DNA of 64,000 bases from positions 1,248,136 through 1,312,135 of the forward strand of contig JBJBDC010000001.1 of assembly GCA_047285535.1 (NCBI GenBank). Direction: 5' to 3'. The notes beneath the pieces are model-generated. The model saw nothing but the letters and a program-made list of their open reading frames with translations, was not told the origin of the DNA and did no database searches. Source of the stretch: Synechococcus sp. (GTDB taxonomy: Bacteria > Cyanobacteriota > Cyanobacteriia > PCC-6307 > Cyanobiaceae). This document shows, piece after piece, positions 9,187-18,571 of this stretch (the stretch's first letter is position 1; each line of letters starts with the position of its first letter). Position numbers and translations under genes: made by a program.

Positions 9187-11180
9187 TTGCTTATTCAGCA
9201 TCTGAGTATGCTCGTTATCTTCTTGAAAAAAAGAATGGCGAATTGTTGAGCGACCAAAATATCAAGACCAACTTAAGTGATCTTGCCGACAATGAATCGT
9301 TAACTCCAAGACAATTAGTTGAGACACTTTCATTTTATTTGCAAGTTAATGAATTACCCTACAAACACGAGACTGCAGTTTATTTGTCGGGATTAGGTAA
9401 AACAGTGTTTGCGGTATTAGAGACTGCAATTATAAGTCTGGATGATCTCGCAACAGCCAAAAACAACGATGAAATGAAGGATAGCAGTCTTTATGTTTTG
9501 AGCTCTAGTGTTCCGCAGAAAAAGCTAAGTAAGCTTTTGTTCCTCCAAGCGTTCATGAAAAGTCGTTGGAGTATGATACTAACACTTTTAATACTCGGTC
9601 TTCCAGCAGTAATTGCGCCTGCAATTGCAGAATTGCTGCAACAACCATTGTTTGATTCATTAATTCCCGAAGGCAGAATTCCCGCTATATTATTAATAGG
9701 AATAGCATCTATTCTGTTGCAAGCTAGTGGGCAAATCATAAGCAGTGTAAGCAGTCTGCTTTCTACTTACTTTACAAATAATATAGAGCTCGAGTCTAAG
9801 CTTGCAACTGCTAAAAGATTTTTAGATGCCAAACAAGCCTCTATTCCTCAGAAAGATATTGGCTCGTGGCGAATTACATTTAGTGTTGCAAGCTCATTTA
9901 TTGAATCAATTCAGTCGATATTCATTTCAATTCCAATTGCGATTATTTCGCTGATCGCGAATCTGCTAGTCGTTGGTGCATTTACAGATCTTCGTGCCAT
10001 CTGGCATTTATTCCTACTGATGCTTTTGCCGACTGTAATTAGTTCCATCATATCATATATCAGCTCCAACTACTATATAAAAATAATGGCCCAACAATCA
10101 TCCATAGAAACAACAATCTACGAAGTGGTGAAGGATATAAGGGAAATTTGGATGCTCGGATGTGAATCTATTTATCTAAATAGATTCTTTAGGTCTCGAA
10201 AAGCGATGTCAATTAACATGCTCTCAGCAGGTTTACTACAGTCACTATCTTCATCGTTCAATAATTTCTTTCAAGGGATTCTATACGCTTACATCTTTTT
10301 TGAGTTTTATCGCTCAACAGAATCGTCTTCATCGGAGCTATCTGTTGGTGCGCTCCTAGTGATGTATTTTGCGGTTGGTACCATTGGTGGTTCACTAGCA
10401 TCAATCTCCTCTGATCTCGTTGATCTAGCTCAAAGCCTCCCTACCTACTGGATGCCAAATGCTATTAGGGATATTGATGCCTTTGAAAGAAAGTCGTACT
10501 CAAAGGAAAAATGCCCAAGTAAAATCATACTCTCTGATGCAACTTTCTTGTACGGTGACATTCGAGCACCATTTCCGGAACCTATTAATATTAAGTTAGA
10601 ATCGGGTTTCAATTATGCATTAGTAGGACCATCTGGTTCAGGAAAAACAACTTTACTGAATATCATTGCGGGTCAACTATCTTTAACAGAGGGTAAGATG
10701 GAGATCTTTGATCGATTCAACCAAAAGGTAGATATATCACTGTCTGATTGTAATATTCTATATCTTGGGCAAAATACTAGTTTATATGGCTCGATTTTAC
10801 GGGATATTCTTGATCCAACAAAGTCGTTCACAGATAAGCAACTGTATAGTGCCATTTCAAAACTTAATCTAGATGAAATCATGGAATCACTTCCACTTAA
10901 ATTAAAAACACCAATCAATGAATTCAACAGAGATCTCTCTCTCGGACAGCTTCAACGCTTTAAACTTGCAAGGGCACTTCTTACTGATTATGACATTATT
11001 ATGAGCGACGAAATAACATGTCATCTTCCAGAAGATCTGCATTTACAGGCCATTCAGTTATTAAACAATAGATCAAGAATTCACATTTCCTCATTACATA
11101 GACTCTCTGCTGTTTCTCTCTTTGATAAGTGTATTACTTTGAATGGTAATGGAGAAGTTAAGGAGGCCGTTTCAACATGA
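9183..11180 (+). CDS. Second ABC transporter (TMD + NBD, no peptidase domain), NHLM-type partner subunit
   Basis: Multiple TM helices, Walker A GPSGSGKTT, signature LSLGQLQRFKLARALL, IIMSDE, HRLS; ATGA overlap. Confidence 0.9.
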   Translation: MIAYSASEYARYLLEKKNGELLSDQNIKTNLSDLADNESLTPRQLVETLSFYLQVNELPYKHETAVYLSGLGKTVFAVLETAIISLDDLATAKNNDEMKDSSLYVLSSSVPQKKLSKLLFLQAFMKSRWSMILTLLILGLPAVIAPAIAELLQQPLFDSLIPEGRIPAILLIGIASILLQASGQIISSVSSLLSTYFTNNIELESKLATAKRFLDAKQASIPQKDIGSWRITFSVASSFIESIQSIFISIPIAIISLIANLLVVGAFTDLRAIWHLFLLMLLPTVISSIISYISSNYYIKIMAQQSSIETTIYEVVKDIREIWMLGCESIYLNRFFRSRKAMSINMLSAGLLQSLSSSFNNFFQGILYAYIFFEFYRSTESSSSELSVGALLVMYFAVGTIGGSLASISSDLVDLAQSLPTYWMPNAIRDIDAFERKSYSKEKCPSKIILSDATFLYGDIRAPFPEPINIKLESGFNYALVGPSGSGKTTLLNIIAGQLSLTEGKMEIFDRFNQKVDISLSDCNILYLGQNTSLYGSILRDILDPTKSFTDKQLYSAISKLNLDEIMESLPLKLKTPINEFNRDLSLGQLQRFKLARALLTDYDIIMSDEITCHLPEDLHLQAIQLLNNRSRIHISSLHRLSAVSLFDKCITLNGNGEVKEAVST

Positions 11181-12832
11181 GATTATTTTCATTAAATACC
11201 GGAGCTAAACTCTTCTTTTTAATAATTACCTCTTTTTTCAATCCTTCCTCTTATTCCTCTGCCAGCGAAATCAATGCTAAGTACAGCAATCATAGTTTTT
11301 CAGAAAAAGCTTGCAAGGATGAAAGGATTAAGGCAAATTTATTGCTAGCAGGAAGATTGCCTACATTCTACAATTGTTCAAACAGAATTGCTTTTAATTC
11401 AACTCCCACAAAATCGAAGTCTTCTGCAAAAGAGTTTTTTAATCTTGAGCCACTTTCCAACCCGAGTATTAAATCATTAGAGTTTGACTATAAAGCATCC
11501 GTTTATAAGGTTAAGTCAGCATATGGTGCATGGTGGCCAAATGTTTCAATGTCAAATAGTTCTATATTGTTTACAGATATACTTTCTAGGCAAAATTATG
11601 ATGCTCCAACCTCATCAACGTCGTCTCCTTCGAGTCGGGGAACGAGTTTTAATCCTATCGATCGCTCTAACCGAAATAACACAAGTAACTCTGATCAACT
11701 AACCGGTTTCAATACTACTTACGCTAACTATATTCAAGCGTATCCAGTTATCACTGTTGAATGGAATTTTTTAGATCCAACTCGTTATCCAAGCATAGCT
11801 GCCGCAAAGAAGCAAAAACAATTAGCATTGCTCGAGCTCGAGAAAACAAAATCAAATCTTCAAAGTAAAATAAGTCAACTCTCAGTTGAGTATCGTTATT
11901 CTCTTTATACGATTGGAGAGTTAATTCAAATTATGAGTATTCAAAAAGATATTATTTCACTTACAAAGTCTCTAGTTGACCTTAAAGAGTTGCCAAGAAT
12001 TCAACAAATTAAAGCACTTCGTGAGCAAGCTCAGTCCCAGAATCGTCTGAACCAAGCCCAAATTAGACTAGCTAATATTAAATCTGAGATTGCATCTATC
12101 ATTCTCCCTCAAATTCAACATTTAAAGCTCGACACCGTAACGGTAGATGATGTCATTAATGATTATTTACTTAAAGAAAACTACACTGAAAAATCATTGA
12201 AAGAATGGAGTCGTGACTCTGATACGACATATCAATTGGCATTAGAAAACTCTTCTAAAGTTAAAGAACTAACATTACAAGCAGGCATTTCTAAAGACTC
12301 TGCCAACCAAGAATGGGGATCTATACTGCCAACTATTGGATTTCTTGGTTATATTACATATCAGTATACAGCTGGAAGCCAAAATTATGCACCTCCTGAG
12401 CAGCCTAATGGTGCAGCGTCGGCGGTGCTAACAAATTATTTTGGACTTTCAGTGTCATGGAATCTCTTTGATGGATATGCCACTCGGCACCAGGCAAGAG
12501 CGTATGAAATGAAAGAACAATCACTATTAAAGAAAATAGAACAAGAAGTCATCACTCTGCGACCATCGACACAGCTACTACTGACCAAACTTAATTTCTC
12601 AAAAAAGCAAATTGATCTAGCAATCAAAGATTCGTCTGCTGCAAAAATAATCTCTTCAGATGTTGAGGCCAGATCTCAGTATGGTTTAGGCAGTCAATAC
12701 GATTATTTTAGTGCCCTTATTGATTATCATCAATCAAAGATCTATCTTCTCGAAGCATTATCTGAATATAGTCGAATATATCTTCAATTGTCACGTTTGA
12801 CAAGTTCAAACACGTCTGGTTCGTCAATTTAA
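11177..12832 (+). CDS. TolC-family outer membrane efflux protein
   Basis: Signal peptide, two OEP-like repeats (WWPNVS..VEWNFLD; ILPTIG..LSVSWNLFDG) with helical coiled segments; ATGA overlap. Confidence 0.85.
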   Translation: MRLFSLNTGAKLFFLIITSFFNPSSYSSASEINAKYSNHSFSEKACKDERIKANLLLAGRLPTFYNCSNRIAFNSTPTKSKSSAKEFFNLEPLSNPSIKSLEFDYKASVYKVKSAYGAWWPNVSMSNSSILFTDILSRQNYDAPTSSTSSPSSRGTSFNPIDRSNRNNTSNSDQLTGFNTTYANYIQAYPVITVEWNFLDPTRYPSIAAAKKQKQLALLELEKTKSNLQSKISQLSVEYRYSLYTIGELIQIMSIQKDIISLTKSLVDLKELPRIQQIKALREQAQSQNRLNQAQIRLANIKSEIASIILPQIQHLKLDTVTVDDVINDYLLKENYTEKSLKEWSRDSDTTYQLALENSSKVKELTLQAGISKDSANQEWGSILPTIGFLGYITYQYTAGSQNYAPPEQPNGAASAVLTNYFGLSVSWNLFDGYATRHQARAYEMKEQSLLKKIEQEVITLRPSTQLLLTKLNFSKKQIDLAIKDSSAAKIISSDVEARSQYGLGSQYDYFSALIDYHQSKIYLLEALSEYSRIYLQLSRLTSSNTSGSSI

Positions 12833-12924
12833 TCCCATAAATATACAAATATTTTCAAATAATTGTATACGTGCATCTAATTGTTGGTTGTTGTGTTTGA
12901 GAAATTGAGAAACGAAACAAGCCC

Positions 12925-13107
12925 CTATCGTGCTTCATCTAAAATAAAAAACAGACAACATGGTATCAATGAAATACAAATTGCCAGTACTAAGTACTGA
13001 TTTATTGATTGATTTAGCAAAGACTTAAGCAAAAGAACTGCGAACAATGGGTGAATTATTAATAAGCACAAGATCACTATCGTTAATTCATAAATCCCCA
13101 GAGCCAT
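12925..13107 (-). CDS. Possible small two-TM membrane protein (60 aa)
   Basis: MALGIYELTIVILCLLIIHPLFAVLLLKSLLNQSINQYLVLAICISLIPCCLFFILDEAR; may be a chance ORF in AT-rich DNA. Confidence 0.35.
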   Translation of the reverse strand: MALGIYELTIVILCLLIIHPLFAVLLLKSLLNQSINQYLVLAICISLIPCCLFFILDEAR

Positions 13108-13206
13108 AAAATGCTGCAACCAAATATTAAGAATTAAGTGGCAAGATGATTGGGCGGCACCATTGGGCCATAAGATCATTAAAATGAGGAGTAAATAGTA
13201 GGAATA

Positions 13207-16200
13207 GTGAGCATGGGAGATTTCAATTTATTTTACCAAGCTCTTCAATCTTTAGATAACGACATCACCATTTTAGGCACAAGCGAGGATTTAGTTGTCG
13301 CTGATTGGCTCAAAACAGAGGGATATGATATTACCTACATTCTTGACTGCCTTAAAAAAATTAAAAGAAGCAACGGTGAAACTAACTCTAAAACACTCAC
13401 CGTTGAAATACTTGGTGACAAGAGAAAACGTGAACTGCTGCTAAGAAGCTATAGAGATTCCATTGATAGTACTGCCGGTGGAATGTTGACTTCTGTAGAA
13501 AGAGTAAGAGAAGCATCTATTAAAGGTCTAAAGAATCATCGCGACTTGCTGGAGAAAGCCCAAAGTGAAATTGAAAAAGGAAAAATAGCAAAGGAGATGG
13601 TTCCTACAGTTGAAGGTGGAATTGAGCCAGCATACATCAATAAAATATCCTCAATAAAAGAACTAGTAAATTCTCGGCCTGTTCATCTATATTGGAAAAA
13701 CTATCAGGAAATGCGAGATATCGGTTGGCATGCTTATGCAAAAACACGGTTAATTAGCTTCATAAAATATGCTGTTAGGAAACAATATGCGAATTGGAAA
13801 GCTGCTTATATTGCTGCTCTGGGATCATCAGCAAATAGGGGGAATTGGTCTGGTGGATATATGAACGGCACTAAACAAGATGGTTCTGGTTACATATCCT
13901 ATGGAAGAAATGGAGATCATTACACATCATATTCGATATACGGAACTTGGGATGACCCTTTTCAAAAAGGTGGTTCATTTAATATCAATATTTATGGTAT
14001 GAATAGCCAATGGAGGCTAGAAGGAAATAAGCATAATACTGCAATTACGGCTTCTATTAATGAAAGTAATGGCAAAATTACCTATACATCCTACATAGAG
14101 CCTGATAATGCTGGTCTTATTGCATTACCAAAATACACAGGAGAGGTGACATCTCGACAAATTCTAGAGAAATCAAAACAATTCCAAACTGACGAGAACA
14201 TTGTTCACTCTTATGAGAATGCAACTCTAGGCTCATCTTTTGCAGCTGTCGTAAGAAAGCATTATCCAAATTTCAATATCAATGAGAAAGTCAAAGATTT
14301 TCAAAAAATCTTGGCTTATTCAGCCATTGCCTATGTTGTCAAAAGAACCTACATTGCTGAAGGAAAGATTAATAGCCAATTTATTAATCAAGCGCTTAAG
14401 CGATTGACTGAGACTGGCACGTTACATGATGCATTCGCTTTAATTAACTATCAGGCGCGCATGCAAAAATTACATCTTGATCATATACTGAGTGCCACAA
14501 ATCTCAAACACAAAGCCAAAGCCTCGCGTGTTTGGGCCTCTGAAGAAGTTGCTCTTGATAGAGTTGCGAGAAACTCAATTCTCAATAGTAGCCGAGAGTA
14601 CCAGCGATTAATTAATGATGGACTTAGTAATAAAATGGCCGAAAGAGCCGCCAACCTGACATTTTTCTCCGATTTGTTGGTCTTTGACAGCTTTATATAT
14701 AGTGCTCCTACAAAAGACATTAAACTAGATTTTACGAAAAAGGACGCAACTATTGCTAATTACTCTCGCATCGCATTACCCGTTATTATTACCCAAGAAG
14801 CAAAGATCAGCAAGACGATTCTGCGACAAGAGAAAACGTTTAAATACATTCCTAAGTACACTAATTTAGTTCTAAGCTTCGAGAAACTAAAGTATGAGGC
14901 GTTTAGGGCGATATCAGTTGGCTCTTACGACTATTTCAAGCAGTACCTGGGTTTTCATCCGATTCATCGTTCGCTCAGGTTCATGAAAAATTCAGTTATT
15001 TTACCGACAGAAAAATGGATTGAAAGTTGGGGAAATAGTGCCTTGTGGACACAAATAACAACTGATGCCTTTTCAACTGTTAATTTTGTAGGGTTTTCAT
15101 TAACACGAGCAATTGTTCACTTACCTAAGCACATTTATGAAGATACTAAAAAGCTAGGTGAGCAGCTCGTTCATTTATTTAGTGGTGGTGATACTTGGGC
15201 TGGAATTGGAGGGGGCATATGGCGAGATATTAAAGGTCCTGTCAAAACCATTGAATTATTGGGTGAAAATGCCCTACTTGTTTTCGCGAGCTCCTTTGAT
15301 CCGCTATTCTATAAAACAAAGTTTGCAAAATCAATTATAGGCAAAGATAAAAACTTTGGGCAACTTATTGCAGATGCATGGCACTACGAATGGAACAAAC
15401 AGCGAATAAAATTAGCGCTTACTTTGCACAAGATCAATGCCCCGATAAGAAAGGAACTAAGTGAAATCACGAATGGTAAAATACCGAATCCAAGCGCATC
15501 ATTTTTTAGTAACCATGAAAATCTTAATGCCAAAAAAAATCAATTAACTCTGAAACTTTTAATCTCTTTCAGGTCCGGAATAACGAGCAAGTTGCAAAAT
15601 CATGCTGACGCAATTAACACTGCAATAACGATTGCTCAAGCCAATAAGTTTAAGACGACAAAAGATCTCCTTGTGCTTTCACAAGGCGGAAAAGTAAACA
15701 TTAATGGAAAAACAATTAGCGGCATGGAAATCAATGATGCACTCCAGTCATTAATTGCGAATATGGCTGACAAATATATTGCTTCAAAAGATTATACAAA
15801 TAAGCAAGAAAAGACTTTTGTTATCAATAATCTGGCCACGACAGAATTTAGAGATGGATTTCAAGCATGGACTCAGCGACAATTGGCAATATTTAAAAAC
15901 GAAATGAAGATGTATCAATACATAAATCAACAAAGTACTCGCTTTGAACAATTAGCTTTCAAGATCTCTATAGCCAACAAAATCAATCGGGGAATTAAAG
16001 ATGAAGGTTCTTCCTTGAAGTATCAGGTAGGTCATTTATGGCATCAAGGAAGAGCCAATACATTCTTTTTCAAGGCGTTTGATAAGCCCTTGCAGCATTC
16101 ATTCAATGCTTTATCTACTGGTAAGAAAACCAATGAAGCAAATAAGCAACTGAATCATTTTCAAAGAAATCATAAGCCCGGTGAAAAGCTATTTGCTGAC

Positions 16201-17265
16201 ATCCTTCTAACAGAAACAGCAGATAGAGTTATGCGGAATATTGGAAATATTCACTATAAAATTGAAACTGGAGCATATGCTATTGGTACTTCTAAATATC
16301 AGAAGGACTTGCCTTTCGCTAAAAAAGAGCTGCTTCTTTCGATGCGCTTGCATCAGAACACAGCTCAAGAGATTGAAGAATGGAGCAAGAGGATTAAAAT
16401 CACAAATCGACTTGGAAAGATCACACTGGATCAAGCTAGTCTTTCTAAACTTAAGAATGCAACATTCAACGGGCTACTGACAAAAGCCAAACAAAACATT
16501 CATCTTGTCACTGCCGTTGATTCAAGCTTAGTAAAAATAGCCAATAAAGAGTCATCTATTCTCAATAAACCGATCACAGTGCAAGACGTAATTACAGGGA
16601 CGGAGAATTGGTGGGATCGCGCAGTAAGTAAAGGATACTTTTATCAGCATTGGAAAACCGTTGTGACGACTCGCTCATCTCATAATGCGGCACTTGCAGC
16701 GTTATTGAATGATGTTGAAATTCTTCAAGGTGGTGGAAGCATGACATTTGGACAATTTATTAACTCTCTTCCTCAAAATAAGAATTGGAAGCTTTCACTC
16801 GCTCCTCATGCAATTCCTTCAAGGGGTCCATCTTCAATTGCTATTAGCAACTTAAATATCAAAGCAGGAGTCCTTACACCTAAAAAAGTAAATCAAGTGG
16901 CAAAACAAAAGGTGAAAGTTCCTATTCTTTTGTTCAAAAACCGTATAAAATTTGCGAGAAACATATGGAAAAAAATCACTGGCAGTGGCAAAAAAGATGA
17001 TCTTCTCCAGCAAATCGAACACGCTGAAAAGAAGACTATTGTCAATGCAGATGAAAGACGCGTCGCCAAAGAGCTAGGAGAAGACGAGCTTAAGGAATTG
17101 GATAATCTTCTTGTTGAGGATGCGATCAAAGTTGAAAGTGAAGCGGAATTATCAATTGAAATTGAAGAATCCAACGCACTGAGTTCAGTTGACGAACTTA
17201 TCGATACAACTTTAACTGACGCAATAGACACAACAGAGGAAACTATTGCAGAAGCTATAGTTTGA
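13207..17265 (+). CDS. Giant hypothetical protein (1352 aa) with a Nif11-like double-glycine leader (SIDSTAGG, residue 92); putative PCAT substrate
   Basis: 4-kb ORF downstream of TolC; purine-rich RBS-like sequence upstream; leader ends at nt 13482; strongly acidic C-terminal tail. Confidence 0.85.
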   Translation: MSMGDFNLFYQALQSLDNDITILGTSEDLVVADWLKTEGYDITYILDCLKKIKRSNGETNSKTLTVEILGDKRKRELLLRSYRDSIDSTAGGMLTSVERVREASIKGLKNHRDLLEKAQSEIEKGKIAKEMVPTVEGGIEPAYINKISSIKELVNSRPVHLYWKNYQEMRDIGWHAYAKTRLISFIKYAVRKQYANWKAAYIAALGSSANRGNWSGGYMNGTKQDGSGYISYGRNGDHYTSYSIYGTWDDPFQKGGSFNINIYGMNSQWRLEGNKHNTAITASINESNGKITYTSYIEPDNAGLIALPKYTGEVTSRQILEKSKQFQTDENIVHSYENATLGSSFAAVVRKHYPNFNINEKVKDFQKILAYSAIAYVVKRTYIAEGKINSQFINQALKRLTETGTLHDAFALINYQARMQKLHLDHILSATNLKHKAKASRVWASEEVALDRVARNSILNSSREYQRLINDGLSNKMAERAANLTFFSDLLVFDSFIYSAPTKDIKLDFTKKDATIANYSRIALPVIITQEAKISKTILRQEKTFKYIPKYTNLVLSFEKLKYEAFRAISVGSYDYFKQYLGFHPIHRSLRFMKNSVILPTEKWIESWGNSALWTQITTDAFSTVNFVGFSLTRAIVHLPKHIYEDTKKLGEQLVHLFSGGDTWAGIGGGIWRDIKGPVKTIELLGENALLVFASSFDPLFYKTKFAKSIIGKDKNFGQLIADAWHYEWNKQRIKLALTLHKINAPIRKELSEITNGKIPNPSASFFSNHENLNAKKNQLTLKLLISFRSGITSKLQNHADAINTAITIAQANKFKTTKDLLVLSQGGKVNINGKTISGMEINDALQSLIANMADKYIASKDYTNKQEKTFVINNLATTEFRDGFQAWTQRQLAIFKNEMKMYQYINQQSTRFEQLAFKISIANKINRGIKDEGSSLKYQVGHLWHQGRANTFFFKAFDKPLQHSFNALSTGKKTNEANKQLNHFQRNHKPGEKLFADILLTETADRVMRNIGNIHYKIETGAYAIGTSKYQKDLPFAKKELLLSMRLHQNTAQEIEEWSKRIKITNRLGKITLDQASLSKLKNATFNGLLTKAKQNIHLVTAVDSSLVKIANKESSILNKPITVQDVITGTENWWDRAVSKGYFYQHWKTVVTTRSSHNAALAALLNDVEILQGGGSMTFGQFINSLPQNKNWKLSLAPHAIPSRGPSSIAISNLNIKAGVLTPKKVNQVAKQKVKVPILLFKNRIKFARNIWKKITGSGKKDDLLQQIEHAEKKTIVNADERRVAKELGEDELKELDNLLVEDAIKVESEAELSIEIEESNALSSVDELIDTTLTDAIDTTEETIAEAIV

Positions 17266-17692
17266 AAAAGTGGTTATCCCTCCACTCAGTTTCGAACAAA
17301 GCACGGGAGTCGAAGCTGCTAGGCACTCATTCTGACGGTTAAAAGCCGAAGTACAAAATCCTCTCTACTCGGATCCAAACCAGGGTTTCATCAGCTGGTT
17401 GATATTCAGGTTGCTCCCAATCGGTCGCAGCCTCAAGATTTTTTTAATTTGATGCATGTCACACCAATGGTTGGTCATAAGCATGATCTCGCGACTCAAC
17501 CGGTCTTAACTTGATCAGCGTAGAGATCTGTTCGTAAACATATAGTCCAGATCATGCGGTTTTCAACTCCCACCCAAATCCTGCAGAAATGTTCAGTGAT
17601 GGATGAGAAATAGTTCTTACTCATCACCTGTATAGAAACCACCAAGACATGAAATATGTTCAATGACTGAATAAAGCGAGGAGCAACGCCTG

Positions 17693-17746
17693 ATGCTCGC
17701 CTACGGGCTAGGTGATGATGGAACTGGGCTGGCCGCCAGCCATTTC
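17693..17746 (+). pseudogene. N-terminal fragment of a GPH/MelB-like MFS transporter
   Basis: Reads MLAYGLGDDGTGLAASHF; compare MLAYGVGDSGTGMASA in the intact transporter at 48361. Confidence 0.6.
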
Positions 17747-17852
17747 AAGTGGTTGGCATCGCTTCAATTTGGCTTTATCGAACTGGACTGTGCTTTAATT
17801 CATGACACCTCTATTGATATCAACAGCCAGCTCACGCAAGCCACATCGCCGG

Positions 17853-17992
17853 CGATGGACGCATGAAAACATTGGAAGAAAGTAGAGCAATCTTTGTTGT
17901 AACCCGCGAGAGGATTCGTCAGATAGAAGCCAAAGCACTCCGGAAATTAAGCCATCCCAACAGAAACGGAGTTCTCAAGGAATGCATCAAGT
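17853..17992 (+). repeat. Right, decayed copy of the rpoD 3' end (island boundary)
   Basis: 140 bp with 131 identities to 1124-1263; 7 of the 9 changes alter the encoded amino acid, and the following stop TAA has become TCA. Confidence 0.95.
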
Positions 17993-18571
17993 CAAAAGCC
18001 AAGCTTGAGTTAAAAGTTCTCACCCCCTCCTGTCTTTGACAAGTGGGGGGAATGACCTATTGAAACCACCTTATGACCTAGAAAGCAGATTAGTCATCGA
18101 TACTCTTGAGTAGAACTTTACATGTGAGATCTGTTTTATATCCCACTCCTTCCCCCCCTTTAAGACCTCGAATTCATAGAGACTATCTTCTCCTGAGCCA
18201 AGACGCGACACCCTTGATCTCCCACCTGGCTAGCACAGGCATCGAGTGACTAATTCTGAGCCTGAGAAGGGATGCTTAGAAATAGAAGGAACGGAAGACA
18301 GAGCGCAAAGGGATAACAAGCGCTGCTACAAATACAATATGGATTTGACGATAGCAATGCAAAGCAGAAAGAAGCAGCAACTCCACGCTTTATGACGACA
18401 GTGAAGCTCTCATCTGACTGTCCAAATCCACCCCTAAGAATCATTCTAGAGCCCGGACAGGATGGGAAAAAGACTTCTCTCGTCAAAGCATGACATCAAT
18501 TCGCTCCGCACGCTGACAGCAAATCTTCAATCAAAAAACATCAACTAAAGCCTTACTCATCAACAAAGCCA

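Larger units (their letters stand above)
1266..17992. mobile_element. Genomic island inserted at the rpoD 3' end (no integrase recognised inside)
   Basis: Bounded by the duplicated rpoD 3' end; visibly more AT-rich than flanking core genes; carries an IS relic and gene fragments. Confidence 0.85.

Noticed and set aside
1957..17265. Lanthipeptide (prochlorosin) or RTX interpretation of the cluster
   Set aside because: The predicted mature regions lack Cys, there is no LanM or other maturase in the island, and there are no GGxGxD repeats
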